DNA of 32,000 bases from Cupriavidus necator (GCF_016127575.1 NZ_CP066019.1:2310001-2342000), one strand, 5' to 3'; counted from the first letter of the stretch, positions 23,740-32,000 are shown. Translations and numbers: made by a program. Notes: generated by a model from the sequence alone, not told the origin.

Positions 23740-24861
23740 ATGCAAGAGACCACCGCCCCCGCCTGCGGCACCACCCCGCCGCTGGCCTATACGCTGCCGG
23801 CCCACTACTACACCTCGCAGGAAGTCTTCGAGCAGGAGAAGAAGACCATCTTCGCGCGCAGCTGGGTGTGTGTGATGCACAAGAGCCAGGTGGCCGAGAA
23901 CAACCAGTACGCCACAGTGAAAGTGGCCGGCGAGAACGTGTTCGTAGTGCGCGGCCGCGACGGCGTGTTGCGCGCGTTCTACAACGTCTGCCCGCACCGC
24001 GCCCATGAGCTGTTTGCGGATGGCGCGGGCAAGGCCAAGAACGTGATCACTTGCCCGTATCACGCCTGGTCGTTCGGCCTGGACGGCAAGCTGATCCACG
24101 TGCGCAACGCCGAGAACGTGCCGGGCTTCTGCAAGGACAACGCCGGCCTGACGCCGGTGCGCGTGGAAGAATTCTGCGGCCTGGTCTTCGTCAACCTGGA
24201 CATGGACGCGAAACCGCTGGCCGAGCTGGCAGGCGGCCTCAACGACGAGATCCGCGCGCGCTGCCCGGATGTCGACAAGCTGGTGCCCGCGCACAAGCTC
24301 ACCTACGAGATGAAGGCCAACTGGAAGGTGGTGGTCGACAACTACCTGGAATGCCTGCACTGCCAGACCGCGCACCCGGCGCTGGTCGAGTCGATCAGGA
24401 TGGAGACCTACAAGCACGAAGTGCGCGGCCTCTACACCAGCCAGGTCGGCCAGACGCGCTCGGGCAGCGACGCCTTCACCTATGACAGCGACGCCCCCAA
24501 CACCGACTTCGCCGCCTACTGGCTGTGGCCCAACGTGACGCTGAACGTGCTGCCGGGCGATGGCAACTACGGCGTGTTCTACATGTTCCCGGTGGATGCC
24601 GACACCACCATCCAGCACTTCGAGTTCTACTTCCGCGACAGCACGCCCACGGCCGAGCAGGAGCAACTGATCGAGTACTACAAGAACGTGCTCAAGCCCG
24701 AAGACCTGAGCATCGTCGAATCGGTGCAGCGCGGCCTGAAGTCGCGCGGCTACCGCAACGGGCAGGGCCCGCTACTGGTCACCGACGACAAGACCTCCGC
24801 CATCGGCGAGCACGGCGTGCAGCACTTCCAGCAGATGGTGCTCGACGCCCTGGCCGCCTGA
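23740..24861 (+). CDS. cntA: Rieske [2Fe-2S] non-haem-iron oxygenase, CntA/YeaW family (carnitine monooxygenase-type oxygenase component), 373 aa
   Basis: Rieske motif: LRAFYNVCPHRAHEL...KNVITCPYHAWSFGLDG. Catalytic-domain strings VDNYLECLHCQTAHP and VLKPEDLSIVESVQRGLKSRGY match my recollection of E. coli YeaW almost word for word. The length (~373 aa) fits CntA/YeaW rather than GbcA (~430 aa). The RBS is AAGGAGA. The physiological substrate here is not established. Confidence 0.82.
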   Translation: MQETTAPACGTTPPLAYTLPAHYYTSQEVFEQEKKTIFARSWVCVMHKSQVAENNQYATVKVAGENVFVVRGRDGVLRAFYNVCPHRAHELFADGAGKAKNVITCPYHAWSFGLDGKLIHVRNAENVPGFCKDNAGLTPVRVEEFCGLVFVNLDMDAKPLAELAGGLNDEIRARCPDVDKLVPAHKLTYEMKANWKVVVDNYLECLHCQTAHPALVESIRMETYKHEVRGLYTSQVGQTRSGSDAFTYDSDAPNTDFAAYWLWPNVTLNVLPGDGNYGVFYMFPVDADTTIQHFEFYFRDSTPTAEQEQLIEYYKNVLKPEDLSIVESVQRGLKSRGYRNGQGPLLVTDDKTSAIGEHGVQHFQQMVLDALAA

Positions 24862-24889
24862 AACGAACCACCGAACCGGAACCGCAGCA

Positions 24890-26356
24890 ATGATCCTGAC
24901 CCAGCTCTATATCGACGGCCAGTGGCAGTCGCCCATCGACCAAGGCACGCGCGCCATCCTGAGCCCGGCCGACGAGTCCGTGATCGCCCAGGCAGCCGAA
25001 GCCACCCGCGCCGACGCGCGCCTGGCCATCGCCGCTGCGCGCAAGGCCTTCGACGGCCCGTGGCGCCAGACGACGATCCGTGACCGCGCCAGGCTGCTGA
25101 ACAAGATCGCCGAACTGATTGACCGCGATGCCGAGAAGCTCGCCCGACTGGAGTCGCTCAACACCGGCAAGACGCTGACCGAGAGCCGCACCGACATGGG
25201 CGATATCGCCGCCACCTTCCGCTACTTTGCGGGGCTGGTCGCATCCGAGTCGGGCGCCGTCAACGAAGCCCCGCACCATGTGATCAGCCGCACCCTGCGC
25301 GAGCCGGTTGGCGTGTGCGGCCTGATCACGCCGTGGAACTACCCGCTGCTGCAGGCCGCGTGGAAGATCGCGCCCGCGCTGGGCGCCGGCAATACCGTGG
25401 TGATCAAACCCAGCAACCTGACGCCGCTGACCACGCACCACTTCACGCAACTGGTGGCCGAGCTGGACCTGCCGCCGGGCGTGTTCAACCTGGTGACCGG
25501 CGGCGCCGAAGTCGGTGCCGAACTGGCCGAGAGCCTGGACGTGGACCTGGTGTCCTTCACCGGCGGCGCCTATGCCGGCGAAAGCATCATGAAGGCCGCC
25601 ACCGGCAACTTCAAGCGCATCGGCCTGGAGCTGGGCGGCAAGAACCCGAACATCGTGTTTGCCGATGCCGACCTGGACGCAGCGGTCGACTACGCGCTCA
25701 ATGCCGCGTTCTTCCACGCCGGGCAGGTCTGCTCCGCCGGCTCGCGCCTGATGATCGAGGACGGCATCTATGATGCATTCATCAGCCGGCTGGCCGAGCG
25801 CCTGCCGCGCATCGTGATCGGCAACGGCTTCCACGGCGAGACCCAGATGGGCCCGGTGCAGTCGGCGCAACAGCACGAGAAGATCCTGGGCATGGTGCAG
25901 GCCGGCATTGCCGAGGGTGCACGGCTGGTCCACGGCGGCAAGCGGCCGGCTGGCGACGTCTTCAAGACGGGCTACTGGCTGGAACCGACGCTGCTGGCCG
26001 ACGTGACGGCAGACATGAAAATTGCGAAGGAGGAGATTTTCGGGCCGGTGATCACGGCCGAGCGCTTCCGCTCCGAGGAAGAGGTGCTGCGTGCCGCCAA
26101 CGACACCCCGTACGGCCTGGCCGGCGCGGTCTGGACCCGCGACCTGGACAAGGCCAACCGGATGTCGCGCGGGCTGCGCTTCGGCACGGTGTGGGTCAAC
26201 GACTACCACCCGTACTTCCCGGAAGCGCCGTGGGGCGGCTACAAGGCGAGCGGCATCGGCCGCGAGCTGGCCCGCATCGGCCTGGACGAGTACACCGAAC
26301 TCAAGCACAGCTATATCAACCTGGCCCCCAAGGCGATGGGCTGGTTCGGCGCCTGA
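24890..26356 (+). CDS. betB: NAD(P)+-dependent betaine aldehyde dehydrogenase (GbsA/ALDH9-type), 488 aa
   Basis: Motifs: LESLNTGKTL, EPVGVCGLITPWNYPLLQAAWKIAPALGAGNTVVIKPS, ELGGKNPNIVF (catalytic Glu), FFHAGQVCSAGSRL (catalytic Cys), EEIFGPV, YGLAGAVWT, APWGGYKASGIGRELA. Overall it looks closest to Bacillus GbsA-type BADH as I recall it. Confidence 0.82.
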   Translation: MILTQLYIDGQWQSPIDQGTRAILSPADESVIAQAAEATRADARLAIAAARKAFDGPWRQTTIRDRARLLNKIAELIDRDAEKLARLESLNTGKTLTESRTDMGDIAATFRYFAGLVASESGAVNEAPHHVISRTLREPVGVCGLITPWNYPLLQAAWKIAPALGAGNTVVIKPSNLTPLTTHHFTQLVAELDLPPGVFNLVTGGAEVGAELAESLDVDLVSFTGGAYAGESIMKAATGNFKRIGLELGGKNPNIVFADADLDAAVDYALNAAFFHAGQVCSAGSRLMIEDGIYDAFISRLAERLPRIVIGNGFHGETQMGPVQSAQQHEKILGMVQAGIAEGARLVHGGKRPAGDVFKTGYWLEPTLLADVTADMKIAKEEIFGPVITAERFRSEEEVLRAANDTPYGLAGAVWTRDLDKANRMSRGLRFGTVWVNDYHPYFPEAPWGGYKASGIGRELARIGLDEYTELKHSYINLAPKAMGWFGA

Positions 26357-26441
26357 GCGCAGCTGACTTCGCAATCGCGCGCGCGGCAGGCCCTCCCCCG
26401 GGCCGCCACGCACGGCGTCAAGCAAACAAGGAGATTGCACC

Positions 26442-28178
26442 ATGCAGGCAATCCATGAGTACGACTACATCATCGTCGGCGCAGGCTCGGCCGGCTGCGT
26501 GCTGGCCGCGCGGCTGACCGAGGATGCCGATGTCTCGGTGCTGCTGCTGGAAGCGGGCGGCCCCGACTGGCGCCTGGACTGGCGCACCCAGATGCCGGCC
26601 GCGCTGGCGTATCCGCTGCAGGGCACCACCTATAACTGGGCCTACGTGACCGAGCCCGAGCCGCATATGAACAACCGGCGCATGACGCAGGGCCGCGGCA
26701 AGGGGCTGGGCGGTTCGTCGCTGATCAACGGCATGGTCTATATCCGCGGCAACGCGATGGACTACGACGGCTGGGCCGAAAACCGTTCGCTGGAGAACTG
26801 GAGCTACGCCGACTGCCTGCCCTATTTCCGCAAGGCCGAGACCTATGACAAGGGCGCCAACGACTACCACGGCGGCAACGGCCCGCTGCACGTGACCACG
26901 CCCAAGGCCGATATCAGCCCGCTGTTCCGCGCCTTTATCAAGGCCGGCGAGCAGGCCGGCTATGGCCAGACCGATGACCTGAACGGCTACAAGCAGGAAG
27001 GCTTCGGCCCGATGGACCGCACCACCACCGCGCGCGGGCGCCGCTGTAGCACCTCGCTGGCCTATCTGGACCAGGCCAAGGACCGGCCCAACCTGACCGT
27101 GCATACGCGCGCGCTGGCGGACCGCATCCTGTTCTCCGGCCAGCGCGCCATCGGCGTCTCGTACATCCAGGGCGACCATGTGCGCGAAGCGCGTGCGCGC
27201 CGGGAAGTGATCGTCAGCAACGGCGCGATCGCCTCGCCGCAACTGCTGCTGCGCTCGGGCGTGGGCAATGCGGACGAGCTGCGCGCATTTGGCATCGAGT
27301 CGGTGGCAGACCTGAAGGGCGTCGGCGAGAACCTGCAGGACCACCTCGAGATGTACCTGCAGTACGAATGCACCAAGCCCGTATCGCTGTACCCGGCGCT
27401 GAAGTGGTGGAACAAGCCCGCGATTGGCGTCGAATGGTACCTGCGCGGCACCGGCACCGCGGCCTCCAACCACTTCGAGGCGGGCGGCTTTATCCGCAGC
27501 AGCGATGACTTTGCCTGGCCCAACCTGCAGTACCACTTCATCCCGCTGGCGATGAACTACGACGGCAGCAACCCGGTGCAGTCGCATGGCTTCCAGTGCC
27601 ACGTGGGCTCGATGCGCTCGCCCAGCACCGGCTTTGTCAAGCTGGCCAGCCGCGACCCGCGCGTGAAGCCGCGCCTGCTGTTCAACTACATGGCGCACGA
27701 CGTCGACTGGCGCGAGTTCCGCGCCGCGGTGCGCCTGACGCGCGAGATCATCGGCCAGCAGGCGATGGACCAGTTCCGCGGCCGCGAGATCAAGCCCGGC
27801 ATGATGATCCAGAGCGATGCCGAGATCGACGCCTTCGTGCGCGAGCATGCCGAGACCGCGCTGCACCCGTCCTGCACCTGCAAGATGGGCGACGCTTCCG
27901 ACCCGATGGCGGTGGTCGACAACCAGGGCCGCGTGCACGGGCTGTCTGGCCTGCGCGTGGTCGATGCCTCGATCATGCCGAAGATCATCACCGGCAACCT
28001 GAACGCGCCCACCATCATGATGGCCGAGAAGCTGGCCGACGTGATCCGCGGCCGCGCACCGCTGCAACGCTCGACGGCGCCTTACTACAAGGCCGCCACC
28101 GCGCGCGGCGGGGCGCAGGCAGACGCGGAGCGGCATCCGCCAGCCACTGCGCGAATGCCGATGCCGATGCCCGCCTGA
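26442..28178 (+). CDS. betA: Choline dehydrogenase (GMC oxidoreductase), 578 aa
   Basis: [22 protein letters not shown] is the FAD fold. Long strings match my recollection of E. coli BetA: [107 protein letters not shown]. The RBS is AAGGAGA. It has a C-terminal tail of about 20 aa ending MPMPMPA. Confidence 0.9.
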   Translation: MQAIHEYDYIIVGAGSAGCVLAARLTEDADVSVLLLEAGGPDWRLDWRTQMPAALAYPLQGTTYNWAYVTEPEPHMNNRRMTQGRGKGLGGSSLINGMVYIRGNAMDYDGWAENRSLENWSYADCLPYFRKAETYDKGANDYHGGNGPLHVTTPKADISPLFRAFIKAGEQAGYGQTDDLNGYKQEGFGPMDRTTTARGRRCSTSLAYLDQAKDRPNLTVHTRALADRILFSGQRAIGVSYIQGDHVREARARREVIVSNGAIASPQLLLRSGVGNADELRAFGIESVADLKGVGENLQDHLEMYLQYECTKPVSLYPALKWWNKPAIGVEWYLRGTGTAASNHFEAGGFIRSSDDFAWPNLQYHFIPLAMNYDGSNPVQSHGFQCHVGSMRSPSTGFVKLASRDPRVKPRLLFNYMAHDVDWREFRAAVRLTREIIGQQAMDQFRGREIKPGMMIQSDAEIDAFVREHAETALHPSCTCKMGDASDPMAVVDNQGRVHGLSGLRVVDASIMPKIITGNLNAPTIMMAEKLADVIRGRAPLQRSTAPYYKAATARGGAQADAERHPPATARMPMPMPA

Positions 28179-28347
28179 CCAGGCGGCGCGGCGCGCGGGC
28201 TTCCCGCCAGAACCCCTGACCGACGCATGTGCTGCCGGGACTTCGGTCCCCGGCGGGCAGCGTGCGTCCGGTCGGCGCGCCGCGCACCCACACCACAAAG
28301 CCGGCTACCCAGAACAAACCCAGACCGGCTGCAAGGAGGAGACTTCC

Positions 28348-29238
28348 ATGCTGCGCAAATACTTTGATTCAAGACGGGCCCTGCAAGGCGCCCTGCCCCT
28401 GCTGCTGTGCCAGGCGCTGAGCGCGCAGGCGCAGACCAGTGCCGAGGCCGAAACCAGGCTGGCCGTGGCGCCGGTGCCGCAGGTCACGGCGACCGTGCCG
28501 CCGGCCGAGGCCGCATCGCCAGCGCCGCTGAGCGCCAACCTGACCCTGACATCGCAATACGTATCGCGCGGCTTCCGCCAGACCTGGGGCAGGCCTGCGG
28601 TGCAGGGCGGCATCGACTACGCCCACCCGAGCGGCTTTTCCGCGGGCACGTGGATGTCGAGCATCAGCGACAAGTTCATCGAGGGCGGCACCGTCGAATG
28701 GGATCTGTATGCCGGCTACACCGGCACCATTGGCGACTTCACCTATGCCGGGCAGGTCTACTACTACCTGTACCCGGGCGCGAAACTGCAGTACGCGCAG
28801 ACCAAGTACAACTACGGCGAAGCCGTCGCGTCGCTGACGTACAAGTGGTTCAACGTCAAGTACTGGCTGACCTATACGCCCGACTACTTCGGCTACAACA
28901 GCGCCTCGCTGCTCGCCGGCAATGACCTGCACAGCCGCGGCTCCGGCTACCTGGATATCAACGGCACCTTCGACCTGGGCCACGGCGTCACGCTGCTGCT
29001 GCACTACGGCCAGGAGCGCGTGCGCAACTTTGCCGCCTACAACTTCCGCGACGTGCGCGTGGCGCTGTCCAAGGCCTTCGAGGGCAGCTGGACCGTGACC
29101 GGCGCCTATACCCGCGGCTGGGGGCGTACCGACGTCTACGACAAGTACACCACCGGGGCGCTGGATTCGTCCGGCAACCCGTCCGTTTCCAACCCGCTGA
29201 AAAGCACGTTCCTGGTCTCGGTGACCAAGACGTTCTGA
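28348..29238 (+). CDS. TorF-family (TIGR02001-like) putative outer-membrane porin, 296 aa
   Basis: Signal peptide ...LLLCQALSAQA. Family-typical N-terminal strands: ANLTLTSQYVSRGFRQTWGRPAVQGGIDYAHPSGFSAGTWMSSI and WDLYAGYTG. It has an alternating beta-strand pattern and a terminal aromatic (TKTF). The RBS is AAGGAGGAGA. Confidence 0.75.
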   Translation: MLRKYFDSRRALQGALPLLLCQALSAQAQTSAEAETRLAVAPVPQVTATVPPAEAASPAPLSANLTLTSQYVSRGFRQTWGRPAVQGGIDYAHPSGFSAGTWMSSISDKFIEGGTVEWDLYAGYTGTIGDFTYAGQVYYYLYPGAKLQYAQTKYNYGEAVASLTYKWFNVKYWLTYTPDYFGYNSASLLAGNDLHSRGSGYLDINGTFDLGHGVTLLLHYGQERVRNFAAYNFRDVRVALSKAFEGSWTVTGAYTRGWGRTDVYDKYTTGALDSSGNPSVSNPLKSTFLVSVTKTF

Positions 29239-29277
29239 CGGCAATCTTCAACCGCTGTTTTACCGCTTCCTACCACC

Positions 29278-29580
29278 ATGGCCTCCCTGGGTCTTACCGA
29301 CGCGACCGGACTTGTCGGCGTTGCCGCCTACGTTGCCGCGCATTTTGCCGTGCAGGTCCTGCACAAATCCCCGACCGGCAGGCTGGCCGTCGTCCTCAAC
29401 GTGATCGGGCCGAGCTGCATCCTGATCTCGCTGACCGGCGCCTTCAACCTGGCGTCGTTCCTGACCCAGTGCTTCTGGCTGGGGCTGACGCTGCTGGGCT
29501 GGTGGCGCAACCGGCGGGCGGGGCATGCGGTGGTGGAAACGCTGGGCGGACCGCGCCCGGGACAGCCCGTGCAGCAGTAA
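29278..29580 (+). CDS. Small 3-TM membrane protein of unknown function, 100 aa
   Basis: Three hydrophobic segments: GLVGVAAYVAAHFAVQVL, LAVVLNVIGPSCILISL, ASFLTQCFWLGLTLLGWW. Codon third-position GC matches its neighbours. There is no clear SD. The topology resembles small SemiSWEET/CBU_0592-like proteins, but that is unverified. Confidence 0.5.
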   Translation: MASLGLTDATGLVGVAAYVAAHFAVQVLHKSPTGRLAVVLNVIGPSCILISLTGAFNLASFLTQCFWLGLTLLGWWRNRRAGHAVVETLGGPRPGQPVQQ

Positions 29581-29626
29581 CGAAGAGACGGCCAGGACGC
29601 TTGGCAACGACGATACAAATCTTCCG

Positions 29627-29655
29627 TTGCCTTGGCTCCCAGCCGTTTCTATACT
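29627..29655 (+). promoter_or_regulatory. Candidate sigma70 promoter of the APC permease-cntB unit
   Basis: TTGCCT (29627-32), 17 nt, TATACT (29650-55), followed by TCAC-rich sequence as at the cntA promoter. The conserved box starts 18 nt downstream. Confidence 0.45.
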
Positions 29656-29673
29656 CACCGCGAAACACTATTG

Positions 29674-29705
29674 GTAATCTAATTAACCTACAGTGAATCG
29701 ACAAG
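29674..29705 (+). promoter_or_regulatory. Conserved 32-nt box, copy 2
   Basis: GTAATCTAATTAAC-ctac-AGTGAATCGACAAG; see copy 1 at 23681-23712. Confidence 0.6.
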
Positions 29706-29923
29706 AAACCCGAAAGCCTGAGACCCGTAACGGGCCGCATGGCAACCCCGGGATGACAACAGGAGACAAGGATGAGAAACGCCCCCAGAATCCCCGCCAG
29801 CCATTCCCGACCGTCGTAACCCCCGGCAGGCAGTACCGCAACGTACCCACCCAGACCGCAGACGGCAGACCGTGACGGAGCGCAGCTCCAGATAAACGGC
29901 AACCCGGGAAGCAAGGAGACATC

Positions 29924-31567
29924 GTGTATTCACAGAAAGACGTGCTGTCGATCGGCGCGCAGGCGCCGATCGCCCCCGCCCAACCGCAGCAGCAAACCCA
30001 ATCGCATGAACTGCAGCGCACCCTGACCTGGAAGGATGCCTTCTGGGTCACCAGCGGCGTGCCCGCGGGCGTGCTCTTCACCATCGGCGGCGTGTCCGCC
30101 ACCATCGGCAACCCGGCCTGGGTGATCTGGATCCTCGCCATCCTGGTCGGCTTTGCGCAGTGCTTCGTCTATGCCGAGATCTCGGGCCTGTATCCGCACA
30201 AATCCGGCGGCGCCTCGGTGTATGGCGCGCTCGGCTGGGTGCGCTACAGCAAGTTTGTCGCACCGGTCTCGGTGTGGTGCAACTGGGTGGCCTGGTCGCC
30301 GATGCTGGCGCTGGGCACCAGCCTCGCCGCCGGCTACATGCTGAGCGCGCTGTTCCCGCCCGATTCGGTCATCAACACCTGGCAACTGACACTGGTGGAC
30401 CTGGGCTTTGTCAGCAAAGGCCTGACGCTGCGGGTGAACTCCACCTTCATCCTGGCCACCGCCTTCCTGCTGGTCACCTTCAAGCTGCAGCACAGCGGCG
30501 CCTCGGCCGCGGCCACCACGCAGCGCATCCTGGGCATTGCCTCGCTGACGCCGCTGGTGCTGATCGCGCTGGTGCCGATGTTCACCGGCGACATGCCGTC
30601 CACCAACTTCCTGCCGCTGCTGCCGCTGACCCATGACGGCGCCGGCGCCCCGGTGCTGGGCGGCTGGAACGCCGCCGGCATCAGCACCGCCATGGGCGCG
30701 ATGTTCCTGGCGTGCTGGTCGACCTTCGGCTTCGAGACCGCGGTCTGCTACACCCGCGAGTTCAAGGATCCGCAGAAGGACACCTTCAAGGCGATCTTCT
30801 GGTCCGGCGTGCTGTGCCTGTTCATGTTCATCGCGGTGCCGATCGCCTTCCAGGGCTCGCTGGGCCTGTCGGGCATGCTGGAACCGGCCATCGTCGACGG
30901 CTCCGGCGTGGGCGCGGCCATGGCCAAGTTCGTCGGCGGCGGCGCGGTGGTGTTCAACGTGATCGTGGTGATGCTGGTGCTGGCGATCCTGCTGATCGTG
31001 ATGACCTCGATGATGGGTTCGTCGCGCACGCTGTACCAGGCCTCGGTCGACGGCTGGCTGCCGCGCTACCTCTCGCACGTGAACGAGCACGGCTCGCCCA
31101 CGCGCGCGATGTGGACGGACCTGGTGTTCAACCTGTTCCTGCTGCTGATGTCGAACTACATGGCAGTGCTGTCGATCAGCAACGTCTGCTACATGATCTT
31201 CGTGTTCCTGAACCTGCAGTCGGGCTGGATCCACCGCATGGACCGCCCGGACTGGGCCCGCCCGTACAAGTGCAAGAACTGGCTGCTGGCACTGGGCGCG
31301 TTCTTCGGCTTCTTCGACCTGGCCTTCGTCGGCGCCGGCGCCAACTTCCAGGGCGAGCACACGCTGCGCAACGGCCTGATCGCCGCGCTGCTGATCGTGC
31401 CGGTGTTCGTGTACCGCCACTACATCCAGGACAAGGGCCGCTTCCCCGAGTCGATGCGCCGCGACATGGAGCTGCCCAATGCGCGCGCCGGCGTGCTGCC
31501 CTACGTGGCGCTGGTCGTCGGCGGGCTGGTGGTGTGGATCGCCGCCAGGCTGACGGTGATCACCTGA
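29924..31567 (+). CDS. APC-superfamily permease (amino acid/amine transporter), 547 aa
   Basis: GTG start 7 nt after AAGGAGA. TWKDAFWVTSGVPAGVLFTIGG, YAEISGLYPHKSGGASVYG and SMMGSSRTLYQASVDGWLPR are typical APC strings. About 12-13 TM helices. Confidence 0.85.
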   Translation: MYSQKDVLSIGAQAPIAPAQPQQQTQSHELQRTLTWKDAFWVTSGVPAGVLFTIGGVSATIGNPAWVIWILAILVGFAQCFVYAEISGLYPHKSGGASVYGALGWVRYSKFVAPVSVWCNWVAWSPMLALGTSLAAGYMLSALFPPDSVINTWQLTLVDLGFVSKGLTLRVNSTFILATAFLLVTFKLQHSGASAAATTQRILGIASLTPLVLIALVPMFTGDMPSTNFLPLLPLTHDGAGAPVLGGWNAAGISTAMGAMFLACWSTFGFETAVCYTREFKDPQKDTFKAIFWSGVLCLFMFIAVPIAFQGSLGLSGMLEPAIVDGSGVGAAMAKFVGGGAVVFNVIVVMLVLAILLIVMTSMMGSSRTLYQASVDGWLPRYLSHVNEHGSPTRAMWTDLVFNLFLLLMSNYMAVLSISNVCYMIFVFLNLQSGWIHRMDRPDWARPYKCKNWLLALGAFFGFFDLAFVGAGANFQGEHTLRNGLIAALLIVPVFVYRHYIQDKGRFPESMRRDMELPNARAGVLPYVALVVGGLVVWIAARLTVIT

Positions 31568-31574
31568 CGGCTCC

Positions 31575-31601
31575 GGCAGGCCGGCCCGGTGCCGGCCTGC
31601 C
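31575..31601 (+). other. Intercistronic GC stem-loop between the permease and cntB
   Basis: GGCAGGCCGG-cccggtg-CCGGCCTGCC is a perfect 10-bp stem starting 8 nt after the permease stop. It is followed by a C/T-rich tract (no clean U-run) and then the cntB RBS. Confidence 0.35.
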
Positions 31602-31646
31602 CCCCTTCCCGATTTCCCTGCTTTCCCTGAATTCCGAGGTACCGCC

Positions 31647-32000
31647 ATGACTGACACGCTCCGCGTGCGCGTCGGCCGCGTCGAGCCGCTGGCCGCCGGC
31701 ATCAAGCGCTTCACCCTGCAACCCTGCGACGGCGGCGCGCTGCCCGCCTTCGACAGCGGCAGCCACGTGGTCGTCCATATGGACGGCGGCCGGCTGCGCA
31801 ACGCCTATTCGCTGACCAGCACGCTGGGCGAGCCCGGCCACTACCAGATCGCAGTGCGGCTGGAAGAGGCTTCGCGCGGCGGCTCGCGCTATATGCACGA
31901 GCAGGTCGGCGAAGGCGACGAACTGCATATCGGCGCGCCCGGCAACCTGTTCAGCCTGGACCACGGCGCCGGCCGCCACCTGCTGATCGCCGGCGGCATC
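31647..32000 (+). CDS. cntB: PDR/VanB-type flavin reductase with (expected) C-terminal 2Fe-2S domain, CntB/YeaX family; N-terminal 118 aa only (runs off the window)
   Basis: Not in the ORF track because it is edge-truncated. Hand translation: MTDTLRVRVGRVEPLAAGIKRFTLQPCDGGALPAFDSGSHVVVHMDGGRLRNAYSLTSTLGEPGHYQIAVRLEEASRGGSRYMHEQVGEGDELHIGAPGNLFSLDHGAGRHLLIAGGI. The strings LPAF..GSHV.V.M, NAYSL, YQIAVRLEE.SRGGSR and LFIAGGIG-type match my recollection of E. coli YeaX. Confidence 0.82.
   Translation, partial: MTDTLRVRVGRVEPLAAGIKRFTLQPCDGGALPAFDSGSHVVVHMDGGRLRNAYSLTSTLGEPGHYQIAVRLEEASRGGSRYMHEQVGEGDELHIGAPGNLFSLDHGAGRHLLIAGGI

Noticed and set aside
29772-29819. The idea that the uORF and leader are a decayed duplicate of the cntA 5' end. 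This rests on the similar RBS and a loosely similar AGA..CGCCCCC string after the ATG.
   Set aside because: Similarity beyond the RBS is too weak to establish homology by eye. It is mentioned only as a possibility within the leader finding.
29693-29875. A 60-aa hydrophilic ORF (GTG start) inside the permease leader. Its start lies within the conserved 32-nt box.
   Set aside because: At the other copy of the box, the same GTG reads GTG AAT CGA TAA and terminates at once, so box conservation is not due to coding. The ORF has no RBS, an atypical composition and no domain resemblance.
1-32000. A scan for CRISPR arrays, tRNA/rRNA genes, IS elements, integrases, toxin-antitoxin pairs or defence-system genes.
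   Set aside because: I saw no regularly spaced direct repeats, no cloverleaf-like or rRNA-like segments, and no transposase, integrase or nuclease/helicase-type ORFs. All intergenic regions are short (at most about 345 nt) and are explained by promoters, terminators or leaders.

Overview
This is a high-GC window with the look of a Burkholderiales genome (Cupriavidus/Ralstonia-like). That placement is inferred from two Bug-family periplasmic binding proteins, strong GC3 codon bias and a REP-like GC palindrome. I support about 27 protein-coding genes or fragments. I saw no rRNA, tRNA, CRISPR array, IS element or phage genes. The ORF track omits two genes cut by the window edges, at 1..1558 (-) and 31647..32000 (+). 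I read both by hand translation.

Gene content, left to right:
1. The 5' part of a TonB-dependent receptor.
2. A WrbA-like flavoprotein with a clean intrinsic terminator.
3. A deletion scar joining a LysR 3' remnant to the C-terminal half of an MFS transporter.
4. A LysR regulator divergent from a family III CoA-transferase and a CitE-like acyl-CoA lyase, followed by a Bug binding protein.
5. A five-gene minus-strand operon: a DUF2946-like Cys-rich small protein, a TonB-dependent receptor, an ABC ATPase and two paralogous ABC-2 permeases (DUF3526-type), joined by ATGA overlaps.
6. A methyl-accepting chemotaxis protein with almost no periplasmic domain.
7. Two minus-strand catabolic operons: MFS / AtzG-like small subunit / AtzE-like amidase, and Bug / D-aminoacylase / class III aminotransferase. 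Their promoter regions share TGTTTCA boxes.
8. An XRE-HTH regulator with two PAS domains.
9. A quaternary-amine island: a CntA/YeaW-type Rieske oxygenase, a GbsA-type betaine aldehyde dehydrogenase, BetA choline dehydrogenase, a TorF-family porin, a small membrane protein, an APC permease and a CntB/YeaX-type reductase.

Best candidates for something new:
- The hybrid BetA/BADH + split CntAB island. It has two near-identical promoter-plus-32-nt-box units and a roughly 260-nt U-poor leader.
- The uncharacterised TBDR + ABC-2/DUF3526 + DUF2946 envelope system.

All family assignments come from motif recognition by eye. No database search was run.
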